Made by a program: the position numbers and the translations under genes. A stretch of DNA of 64,000 nucleotides, taken from positions 14,333-78,332 of the forward strand of contig CAZVYY010000014.1 of assembly GCA_964630775.1 (NCBI GenBank), given 5' to 3'. Position 1 is the stretch's first letter, and each line of letters starts with the position of its first letter. The notes below the pieces were generated by a model. The model did no database searches and had not been told where the DNA came from. It saw only the letters and a program-made list of their open reading frames with translations. Source of the stretch: an uncultured Pirellulales bacterium. Lineage in GTDB: Bacteria > Planctomycetota > Phycisphaerae > Sedimentisphaerales > Anaerohalosphaeraceae. Shown piece by piece: positions 46,342 to 54,675 of the stretch.

Positions 46342-48560
46342 TCCGCCTGCATCGTCTCAAGCGACAGCATCCATTCATTTGCCATCGCTGATAAATCATA
46401 CATATTGACATGGCAATCCGGCCGGCCTTCCGGACCGCTGACGTCTGCCGCCAATCCATATCCCGCGTTAATTACATCAACACAGGTACTCAGGGGTCTG
46501 GAAATCAAAACCGCATCCACAGCCACATATCCGTCAGTACCCGCATTGGAAATCACAACCGTGCCTGTGCCAGCGGAAAACCGATACCGCCCCAGCAGAT
46601 TCCATTTGCCCCCATTCGATTTCTGATTGACCACATGGCTTGCCGCCCCCGCGTCATGATGGACCGTCACCGGAACATTTGACGCCCGGTTGTCGTGGGA
46701 GGTCCATCGCAGATAGACATCATACGGCCCGGCGGCGGGCACATTGAGTTGAAACGTAACGGACTTTTGCCCCTTTCCCGCGTTCTCATCATGAAGATAA
46801 TTCTGGCCGTAATAGCCGGACACCGAACTGCTGGCCGGCCAGGCTCCCACCCTGACCACGCCATTGTCATCTTCGGAATCAATCACAGTGCCTTCGATCT
46901 CCTCGATCGGATCCCCCCAGTCAATCCGCTGGCCGCGCTGGATGAGGGTTTTCTGAAGCTGTGGAACGTCCACCTCCTGAAGCCCGATATTGCCGCGTCC
47001 AATCGCCTGAGCAACCGCAACCGCCGAAGACTGCCCCAGAATCATAAAGACCGGCTCCATTCGCACCGAACCATAGGCGATATGCGACGCAGACACACAG
47101 ACTGGAATCGCCAGATTGGAACACTGGCCGCTGCGCGGGATTATCGCCCGGTATGACAATCGATAGGGGGTATTACCGCCGATCTGCACATCGCCTTCAT
47201 TTTTGACAAATCCGGATGCATTGACAAAACGATAGCAGTTATGCGAATCCATATTATAGGATGCCAGCCCCACGGAATCTTTGGGCCGGGTCTTGCCCAG
47301 GAAATCATGTTCAGTAATTACATAATCCGACACCATCCGGCGGGCTTCACGGATATACAACTGGCAAGGCCAGTTTCCGGTTTCGGTAAATTCATCCGCC
47401 GCCAGGCCCCAATTCTGCATTTTGGCCTGAATGGTCGGCGCCACCTGCCCGACCGCCGGGTCGTTGGCGACAAACCACCAGTAGCCCTGAATATAGGTCA
47501 CATGCCGCTGGAAGATGGTTTCTCGTTCCTGATAGCTGCCGTTGGGCCAGTTGAAGTTCTGACCAATAAAATCCGTGGAAACGGCACCATGGTTATTGGT
47601 GTCGGTTTTCCCGTTTTTAATCCGGTCGAATTTGTTAAAGAAGTTGTCAAACTCCGTCCCGAATCCCGCCGCAAGATAGCGTTCCAGCAGAACATACCAG
47701 CTCCGGTCGTAGTTGGCCGGCTTCGGGAAAGGCACACGGTTAGCCGCCACATCGGTCATGCAAATCCGGAAGTTGTAGGCCTGGATGCGATGATCCCCCT
47801 GCCCGGCAACAGGGACGGCGGTTTCGATACCCGGAAGCAATCCGCTGCTGGAATCACCGGCGATGACATAAGGACTCACATCGCGGAGAAACTGATGTGT
47901 GTTTCGTACCTGCTGGCCGTTATAGGTTTCACCATAGGCCGCATTGCTTTCCCGGCCTGTAACATAAGTGACACCCGCAGCCGCCATCAGGTCGCCTTCA
48001 TAGGTGGCGTCGATAAAGTAATCGGCATTGACCGTCAGACCGTGTTCGGTGGTAATCCGCACGATACGTCCGCCGGACATCACCACGCCGCTGCTGCGAT
48101 TCAGGAAGGCCTTGTAATAGACTTGCACTCCGGCTTCCTGCACCATATCCTGAAACACGGCCAGGGCAACCGACGGTTCAAACGCCCAATTCTCGGCCGT
48201 TCCGTATTTGGCCCCCACACGTTGATAGAATTCCCGTGCGATCCCCTGCACTGCCTCCTTGTTGCCAAAGTCCGTCCAGCCCAGCCCCCCCGCCGACAGA
48301 CCGCCCAGCCGGATACCCGGATGAACAATCACGGAACTGATGCCCAGGCGTTTCAATTCGAGCGCCGCAACCACACCCGATGAGGTGCCTCCATAAATGC
48401 AGACCTGCGTGGTAATCGTTTTGTTGAGATTCTGCTCCGGCGGAAAGTAATAACGCAGTAAATTATTTGCCTGTACCGGCGACGGCAAAAAGACCGCAGC
48501 CAGAATACCCAGGACAGAACATCCTATCGCTCGTATCGAACCGTTCAAACGCATCCACAA
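46338..48560 (-). CDS. Secreted FAD-dependent oxidoreductase-family protein with C-terminal binding module and dockerin-like tag
   Basis: It has a signal peptide. The dinucleotide-binding motif is VCIYGGTSSGVVAALE. The long FAD_oxidored-type body is of a kind often mis-annotated as xanthan lyase. The C-terminal beta-sandwich reads GYYGQNYLHDEN...YDVYLRWTSHDNRASNVPV and the tag reads DCHVNMYDLSAMANEWM. Its stop codon overlaps the fliA stop on the opposite strand. Confidence 0.8.
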   Translation of the reverse strand: MWMRLNGSIRAIGCSVLGILAAVFLPSPVQANNLLRYYFPPEQNLNKTITTQVCIYGGTSSGVVAALELKRLGISSVIVHPGIRLGGLSAGGLGWTDFGNKEAVQGIAREFYQRVGAKYGTAENWAFEPSVALAVFQDMVQEAGVQVYYKAFLNRSSGVVMSGGRIVRITTEHGLTVNADYFIDATYEGDLMAAAGVTYVTGRESNAAYGETYNGQQVRNTHQFLRDVSPYVIAGDSSSGLLPGIETAVPVAGQGDHRIQAYNFRICMTDVAANRVPFPKPANYDRSWYVLLERYLAAGFGTEFDNFFNKFDRIKNGKTDTNNHGAVSTDFIGQNFNWPNGSYQERETIFQRHVTYIQGYWWFVANDPAVGQVAPTIQAKMQNWGLAADEFTETGNWPCQLYIREARRMVSDYVITEHDFLGKTRPKDSVGLASYNMDSHNCYRFVNASGFVKNEGDVQIGGNTPYRLSYRAIIPRSGQCSNLAIPVCVSASHIAYGSVRMEPVFMILGQSSAVAVAQAIGRGNIGLQEVDVPQLQKTLIQRGQRIDWGDPIEEIEGTVIDSEDDNGVVRVGAWPASSSVSGYYGQNYLHDENAGKGQKSVTFQLNVPAAGPYDVYLRWTSHDNRASNVPVTVHHDAGAASHVVNQKSNGGKWNLLGRYRFSAGTGTVVISNAGTDGYVAVDAVLISRPLSTCVDVINAGYGLAADVSGPEGRPDCHVNMYDLSAMANEWMLSLETMQAD

Positions 48561-48738
48561 TCCTTTCTTTCAAGCATAGTCCCATCCGCATGCAATTCTG
48601 CGAATGCATGATTAATGACAATTGTATCAGCCGGGCCACGCGATACAAATTACTTTTGCACAAAGCAAATTCATAATCCGGATATTTCTACATCCCAGCC
48701 AGCTGTCGAGGTTCTATGGCATTACCTCCAGAATTTTT

Positions 48739-48769
48739 CCGAGACCCCGACGTCAAGCCGGGGTCTCGG
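48739..48769 (-). terminator. GC-rich hairpin downstream of the second LamG gene (non-canonical terminator candidate)
   Basis: CCGAGACCCCG / CGGGGTCTCGG form an 11-bp perfect stem with a 9-nt loop, 45 nt after the stop at 48814. No U-tract follows on the minus strand; the T-run is on the wrong side. Confidence 0.3.
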
Positions 48770-48813
48770 AGGAAGAAACCATTTCTGTATGAATGAACAA
48801 ACATCCGGGTCTG

Positions 48814-50967
48814 CTACAGCGAACAGCCTTCGCCTTCGGGGTCATTGCATTGCAGCCATTCTGAGGCCAGAACCGATAAATCATAGATATTGACATAGCA
48901 GTCCGGCTTGCCTTCCGGTCCGCCGATATCGGAGGTCATCAGCGGATTCAGGTAACGTCCGACCACCTCATTATAGACCAGCAAATCCCCACAAACCGGT
49001 TCGTTGACGGTAATGACGATTTCATCATAAATATCTCCATCGAGTCCCGCCAGTCCGTCATGGACCGCCAGCCGCAGGGTATAGACTCCCGCCTGACTGA
49101 ATGTGGCGGTCGTCTGAACGGCATTGGGATTACCGAAGCTGACAAAAGCCGTCTGTTCGGGATTGGTCACTGTCCAGACAGCCGTGATCGTATCACCCGT
49201 ATTGAAGTCGGCGACATCCGCATCCAGTGTGACGGTATCATTGAATTGCTTAATCAGCTCGGTCGGAATATCCGGATCGATGGTCACACGGGGAATGGCG
49301 TTGATACCCTGCTGAACGAGGCCGACAATGGCAGCCGGACTCAAAGCATAGCTGTATAGACGCACATCATCGGCCATGCCATTGAGCGAATGGCTTGCAT
49401 CTCGACGACCACCGATTGACATTTTTGAGGTTGCGCTATAGCGGATTAACTCCTGTGTCTGCACACTGGCATCTTCCCGGCCATCCACATAAAGCACCGC
49501 GCGCTGCCCGTCAAATGTCCCGGCCAGATGATGCCAGTAGCCATCCAGAATATTGGTCTTGCCGGTCACCCAGACTTGCCCGGTATCGCCCTGCAGAACA
49601 AATTCAGCCGTTTTGGCGTTTTCGGTTTTACGCAAAATCCAGTTAAACGGAGCCGTTCTGCCGATCAAGGTGCGATAGCCCGTGCTTCTCACATCCGCCT
49701 TAATCCAGCCGGCCGCAGTCATTTCCCAGCGTAATCCCGTCACATTGGGATCCTGCGCAGTCACATCATTGACATCGACTATCCCCTTGCCGAGAAATCC
49801 CAGGGCGCCATTGCCCACCCAGCCGGAAACCCAGCTCGGCACTGAATTCGGATCAGCCAGCCCGGCCAGATAGCCGTTGTCAGCCACGGTATTGCCTGCC
49901 GCCGCATCCAGCATATCCGCGGCCAGAGTCGCCTGGGGCATGTCTTCAAAGCCCCACCGCCCCAGCAGCACGTCATCCACCGCGGTATTTTTGACACGCA
50001 CAGATACTGTATCTTCGCCCGTATAATTGTGAGCATCCGTGACAGAGACCTTCAAAACATACTCGCCGCGTCCGCCGATAAAATTCACGCGGGCATTCAG
50101 GTCATGGTCGGTTTCGCCGACAGCCGTACCAAACGACACTGCCGGGCCGCTGACTTTGGTCCACCGCACAATCAGATTGGCTGACGGGGTATCGGTATTG
50201 GTTACCACCGGCTGCATCACCAGTGAATTCTGCGGAAGAACCAGAGTCGTATTGGCACCGGTTTCGACAACCGGGGCAAATGGATTGGATGAATATACAC
50301 CAACATTATCGAGCAGAATCCGGTTGGCCCCGCGACTTAAATCAAAATTGACCGCATTAAAAGAAGCGGCGGTGGTGCTTTGGTAGTAATTCAGCCCGGT
50401 CTCTTCAAGAATGACCGTATTGGTTTTAAGATTGACAATTTTCAGCGAATAGGTTCCCTTCCAGGTGCCTTCGATAATCATACGATACGGATTGATAATC
50501 CCGCTGTCAAAATTGCTGGCTGTCAGAAGTCCTGTAGAATCCACAGCGATCCAGGCGCTTCCATTATAAATCGCGATCGTCGTTCCCTCATATCGGAGAT
50601 TGAACACCGACGATGTGGCCGAGGAGGTATTATTCTGCAAATTGAAATTGATATCACGACCGGTTGGTGCATCTTCGAAGGCGAAATCAAATGTAACGTA
50701 AAAATAGGCAGAAATCGGCGTCAATCCCTGTCGGAAAAAATATGTTGCCGATTGATTGTTATTCAGCGACGTCAGCCGTACCGAAGAGGTCCCGTTCAGC
50801 AGGCTCGACTGAGCCAGCGTCACAGGGCCGCCTTTGCTCCATCCGTCGGGAATGCCGGCCGTCCACAGTTCGAAATCTCCATTGGTAATCACTAACGCCG
50901 CCTGTGCCTGCGACAACAACACAAACAATACCATAACCATCCACCATGTACCTTTTTTCATGATCAT
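48814..50967 (-). CDS. Secreted LamG-domain protein with Ig/PKD-like region and dockerin-like C-terminal tag
   Basis: It has a signal peptide (MIMKKGTWWMVMVLFVLLSQAQA), and GGAG lies 4 nt before the ATG at 50967. The LamG block is MTAAGWIKADV...GYWHHLAGTFDGQRAVLYVDG...ADDVRLYSYALS. The C-terminus is DCYVNIYDLSVLASEWLQC. Confidence 0.85.
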   Translation of the reverse strand: MIMKKGTWWMVMVLFVLLSQAQAALVITNGDFELWTAGIPDGWSKGGPVTLAQSSLLNGTSSVRLTSLNNNQSATYFFRQGLTPISAYFYVTFDFAFEDAPTGRDINFNLQNNTSSATSSVFNLRYEGTTIAIYNGSAWIAVDSTGLLTASNFDSGIINPYRMIIEGTWKGTYSLKIVNLKTNTVILEETGLNYYQSTTAASFNAVNFDLSRGANRILLDNVGVYSSNPFAPVVETGANTTLVLPQNSLVMQPVVTNTDTPSANLIVRWTKVSGPAVSFGTAVGETDHDLNARVNFIGGRGEYVLKVSVTDAHNYTGEDTVSVRVKNTAVDDVLLGRWGFEDMPQATLAADMLDAAAGNTVADNGYLAGLADPNSVPSWVSGWVGNGALGFLGKGIVDVNDVTAQDPNVTGLRWEMTAAGWIKADVRSTGYRTLIGRTAPFNWILRKTENAKTAEFVLQGDTGQVWVTGKTNILDGYWHHLAGTFDGQRAVLYVDGREDASVQTQELIRYSATSKMSIGGRRDASHSLNGMADDVRLYSYALSPAAIVGLVQQGINAIPRVTIDPDIPTELIKQFNDTVTLDADVADFNTGDTITAVWTVTNPEQTAFVSFGNPNAVQTTATFSQAGVYTLRLAVHDGLAGLDGDIYDEIVITVNEPVCGDLLVYNEVVGRYLNPLMTSDIGGPEGKPDCYVNIYDLSVLASEWLQCNDPEGEGCSL

Positions 50968-51023
50968 CGTCTCCACTAAAGGGTTTATCTTGATTGAATT
51001 AAACAACATCAATTTATCGCATA

Positions 51024-52736
51024 TTACTTCGTTGATTCCTTGGATTGAACCCCCAAAACAGGCACGCCCAGGAAACAGCGGTCCGAGTTGATGGGATCCT
51101 TTTCAGAACTGATCATGTGATCGGTTGTGATAATAGTCAGGAAACGGTCTTGCGGCTGTATCGGGATACGGACCATTTCGGACGAATCGATAGGCATGGC
51201 TGTCAGGCTTTTTCGCACCTGGCCATCCACCACAATCCAGAAATCCGCCCGCCCGGCCTGGGATTCCGACGCAGCCGGCTGATTCAGAGTGGGGTTGGGT
51301 GCAATCGCACAGAGTGTTTCAAAAGAGACAATCTCCAAATCCGTCAAATCGTTTCGGATCGCGTCCAAATCAAAGGTAATACCGGCGTTGGCGTGCATCG
51401 TTATGGCCGGCAATCCCGGATATCCGTAACTCGTGTCGCCAATGGTCAGGCGACCGCGTTCGGAATCATAGACATTGCTCAGCACAGATATATCTTTACG
51501 AATATTTCCCGAGGTATCCGGGCATTCTTTGAACAATGTGCCCTCGGAACTGACCACAATCGGCCCGTCGCCGCCATCCGGCACAAACACCCCATCCACA
51601 TACTTCAGACCGTCCACTTTTGAATAGGGGGAAGCTGCCCTGCGTATCGCAACCCCGCGCTGAACGTACTCCATGTATTGCCCATTCGTGGGGTCAATGA
51701 CCATCTGCGGATTACCGCCGCCAAAGCCTCTGCCCCCGGTGACGATATCAGCCAGGTCAAGCCCGCTGCCCCGCCAGATCAGCCCCGTCCGGGAATCAAT
51801 GCTGCGTACAAACTCCCTGGTCTCAACTGGGATCGTAACCACCTGCCCGGCACGATTAACCCGCCGGGCCTGGTCCACCTGCAAAAGCTGGCTGCTGCTC
51901 ACCGCTTGTCCCTTGGACCCTGGAATCAGAGACGCTTTGCCTTTAAACAAATGCACATCACTGGTCCCGTCAAAATCCACCTTGACCGCAAATTCCGTCC
52001 CCAGGTCGATAACCGTCGCCATCGGTGTTTCGACCTTGAATCCCTGTGAACGAGTCGGCACATGGGCAAACAACCGCCCGGACCGCAGAGTCATATCATC
52101 GGCCGCATTCAGCACAAACTCGGCTGGCGCCTCGATCACCACCTCGGCACCATAATCAAACGCGACTTTGACAATCCCTTTCTGGAGCCAGAAAGACTCG
52201 GAACCGCTTGCCAGCCGGCTTCCGGCTGGACAGGTTTGTCCGCCCGAAAAGACCGCATCGATACTATCGGTCAGCGTAGCTACTTTTACCGCACCCTGCG
52301 GATTAAAACGCAGAAACAGGATAATCAGCACCGTCGCGGCTGCCGAAGCAAAAAGCGTCAGCACCGAAGACCGGCTCATTTTATAAACCACCTTCTCGCG
52401 TTTGACCTGCCGGATGAGTTCTTTGCCCGAATCCGTCTTGGCTTCGGCAATACACACCGTCGGTGCGGTGATTTCTTCGCGGGCCAGCGATTGCAAAAGC
52501 GTGGTGTAATCTTCAGACTGTTCCTGGCCGGCCTGCTCTGTGCTCGACAGACGACCCGCATCTCCATACGGCGACAATTCGCCATACAGACGCATGAAAT
52601 CCAGGTATTGCCCTCGCGCCCGGGCATCCTCCACCAGCAGACGATTCAGCATTGCGGCCTGCTCGGCGGTTATATCCCCTTCCAGGGCACGCAGCAGCAA
52701 TTCATTGAACTGAGTATGTCGGTCGTCGAATTTCAT
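51024..52736 (-). CDS. FecR-like transmembrane anti-sigma factor with long C-terminal extension (paralogue of 9866..11518)
   Basis: MKFDDRHTQFNELLLRALEGDITAEQAAMLNRLL is followed by a TM segment (VLTLFASAAATVLIILFL), a FecR domain, and an extension sharing LIWRG, VDGVFVPDG, HANAGITFDLDAIR and DRFLTI with the first copy. Its ATG overlaps the sigma gene's TGA as ATGA. Confidence 0.85.
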   Translation of the reverse strand: MKFDDRHTQFNELLLRALEGDITAEQAAMLNRLLVEDARARGQYLDFMRLYGELSPYGDAGRLSSTEQAGQEQSEDYTTLLQSLAREEITAPTVCIAEAKTDSGKELIRQVKREKVVYKMSRSSVLTLFASAAATVLIILFLRFNPQGAVKVATLTDSIDAVFSGGQTCPAGSRLASGSESFWLQKGIVKVAFDYGAEVVIEAPAEFVLNAADDMTLRSGRLFAHVPTRSQGFKVETPMATVIDLGTEFAVKVDFDGTSDVHLFKGKASLIPGSKGQAVSSSQLLQVDQARRVNRAGQVVTIPVETREFVRSIDSRTGLIWRGSGLDLADIVTGGRGFGGGNPQMVIDPTNGQYMEYVQRGVAIRRAASPYSKVDGLKYVDGVFVPDGGDGPIVVSSEGTLFKECPDTSGNIRKDISVLSNVYDSERGRLTIGDTSYGYPGLPAITMHANAGITFDLDAIRNDLTDLEIVSFETLCAIAPNPTLNQPAASESQAGRADFWIVVDGQVRKSLTAMPIDSSEMVRIPIQPQDRFLTIITTDHMISSEKDPINSDRCFLGVPVLGVQSKESTK

Positions 52737-53284
52737 TGAGTATCCCACACAGTAAGAGTCCGATGAATGCATCGCTGCAGGTTGGTATGAATGGCCGTCA
52801 TGGTTTTATAAATCATCGCAACAGACCGATTCATCTTTTCTGCAATCGTTTGATAGGTCAGATTGTCTTCATACCGCAGGCTCAAAAAATATCTTTCCCG
52901 CTCGTTGAGTTTTTTGATGCAACCTTCCAGCGCGGGCAGCCGGAAATCCGAATCGCCCGGCATGCGGCTGGACTCGTTTAAAACAATCTGGAAGGCTTCG
53001 TCACTGAGGAAAACGGCCTTTTCCCGGTGCTGCTTTTCACGATATTTAAGAACCCGAAACCTTGCTATCGCCATCCCCCAGGCCGTGAAATTCGACTCCG
53101 CCTCGAAATGATCAAACTGCTTCCACATCTCCATCATCGTTTGCTGAAGCAGGTCCTCAGCATCCTGACGGACCGGCACAAGGCTTAAAATGAACACGAA
53201 TATCCGCTTTTGATTGACGGAATAGAGCTTCAAAAACTGCTCATAGCGGTCCGGCCGAGTTTTGTCCTGTTTTTCGATTTCCAT
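52733..53284 (-). CDS. ECF (sigma-70 family) RNA polymerase sigma factor (paralogue of 11515..12060)
   Basis: It has the same block structure as the first copy: DAEDLLQQTMMEMWKQFDHF...FTAWGMAIARFRVLKYRE, and YFLSLRYEDNLTYQTIAEKMNRSVAMIYKTMTAIHTNL. Confidence 0.9.
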   Translation of the reverse strand: MEIEKQDKTRPDRYEQFLKLYSVNQKRIFVFILSLVPVRQDAEDLLQQTMMEMWKQFDHFEAESNFTAWGMAIARFRVLKYREKQHREKAVFLSDEAFQIVLNESSRMPGDSDFRLPALEGCIKKLNERERYFLSLRYEDNLTYQTIAEKMNRSVAMIYKTMTAIHTNLQRCIHRTLTVWDTQ

Positions 53285-53537
53285 TATCCATTGGCTGTAA
53301 AATCTGTTCTTCTGCCACGATTATAAAGGAAAGACCGTCAAATCGATTTTTTTTCACCCTTTTTCAGAAAAAATGGAAAATAAAATGATTTCAGGATATT
53401 CCTGCACCACATTTTGCCAATTGCACATGACTACGACCGTTCTGATAATGCCATATTGAAATGTAACATTCCGTACAAAATGTGAATCTGCACAGCCCCC
53501 TCCGGCCAGGCCTCGCACTTTAGACCGTCAGCTTATA

Positions 53538-53867
53538 TCAGGTCTCCCCCGGCATCTGATAGCTCAGCCCGCCGGACGGCGTGTGATAGGCATAGACCGT
53601 CTCATTCCGACCCAAAGGAATCGCCGCCACAGGGCCGGTCTGGTACTCATGATACAGTCGGTCGGTCCCGGGATAATAATCATAAGTGGTTTCCAGCGTG
53701 CCATTGGGAGCAATCACCGTCCGACCCAGCCGGTTGCCCACCAGATCATACGCATATCCGGCCTCAAATCCCGTCGTCCCGTTATGCTTATTGCTTTCGC
53801 CAACCAGACGATTCAGGCCGTCATAATCATATTCAACCACCGGCGACTGATGAAAGCAGTCAGTCAA
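53538..53867 (-). pseudogene. Orphan Rhs/YD-repeat core fragment (truncated at both ends)
   Basis: YDYDGLNRLVGES...GYAYDLVGNRLGRTV...YDYYPGTDRLYHEY...AAIPLGRNE parallels YQYDNLGRLVQEDS...RYAYDLAGNRLGRQV...YDSGNRLRKEQ...AAIPWDNDR of the large Rhs gene. There is no ATG: the open frame begins right after an upstream stop, and the ORF-track start is a TTG. It ends before any core-end motif. Confidence 0.75.
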
Positions 53868-53936
53868 TAGTCAAATAATTTTGACCCATCGCCATTGAAG
53901 TAATTTGTGTCTCATCAATAAATTACTGTGTCATAA

Positions 53937-54674
53937 TTACCGCTGATTATTGTCCCAAAGATTCTGACCAGTCAATCTGGCATATTCCCATTTTGCCAGA
54001 AAGTACTCATATTCCAAAATAGCACGTTTGTCGGCTGAATACGCAGCTTTAAAATGCTTAATAGCCTGCTCTTGGTTCTGATCCAACAGTTTCATTCCAA
54101 CCCAGAAATGAGCACGACAAAGACGACGTACCTCCAGAACCTCCGACCCATCCCATTTCCATTTAACCAAGAAATCTTCTTGGGGAATCTGATCCAAAAG
54201 GAATCCGGCTATAGCCTGTGTCCCGGGCCACTTAACAATTTTTCGACAATCTGTTACTTTCCAAAAAGACTTAAGCTTTCGTAAAGATAATTTAATAAGC
54301 TTATCATCTTTCAATCGGCAACCGGCATACCAAATGTTTAATGGCCCATTAATTGCACCGGCCAAGTCCGCATATTCGGTATCCATAGATTGCATCCAAA
54401 AATTAACTCCTGATATCTGATTACCCATGAACCACTCGGCCATCCCTGATATAATAAAATCCAACTCGTGACTATCTTTAGACTTTTTGATGATGACTTC
54501 ACAATTGTCTTTGACACGTTGCCAGCTACCATTGTCTAATAGAATAAGATCAAGATTAAATAGAATCGGCAAGTCGCCTGTTCGATTGTATTCATCTTGT
54601 AAAATCTGAATTGCTTCCGTGTTTGAACCATTTATCAAATCTGTAAATTTTACCATCATAATATATACCACCAT
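53937..54674 (-). CDS. Candidate Rhs immunity protein (hypothetical, helical-repeat-like)
   Basis: The first ATG (MVVYIMMVKF) begins 1 nt after the Rhs TAG (TAGTATG). Alternative ATGs are at 54659 and 54656. The region is AT-rich like the Rhs C-terminal tip. There is no signal peptide. The C-terminal half looks TPR/Sel1-like (QEQAIKHFKAAYSADKRAILEYEYFLAKW). The longer ORF-track version (to 54830) overlaps the Rhs gene and was rejected. Confidence 0.6.
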   Translation of the reverse strand: MVVYIMMVKFTDLINGSNTEAIQILQDEYNRTGDLPILFNLDLILLDNGSWQRVKDNCEVIIKKSKDSHELDFIISGMAEWFMGNQISGVNFWMQSMDTEYADLAGAINGPLNIWYAGCRLKDDKLIKLSLRKLKSFWKVTDCRKIVKWPGTQAIAGFLLDQIPQEDFLVKWKWDGSEVLEVRRLCRAHFWVGMKLLDQNQEQAIKHFKAAYSADKRAILEYEYFLAKWEYARLTGQNLWDNNQR

Positions 54675-54675
54675 A

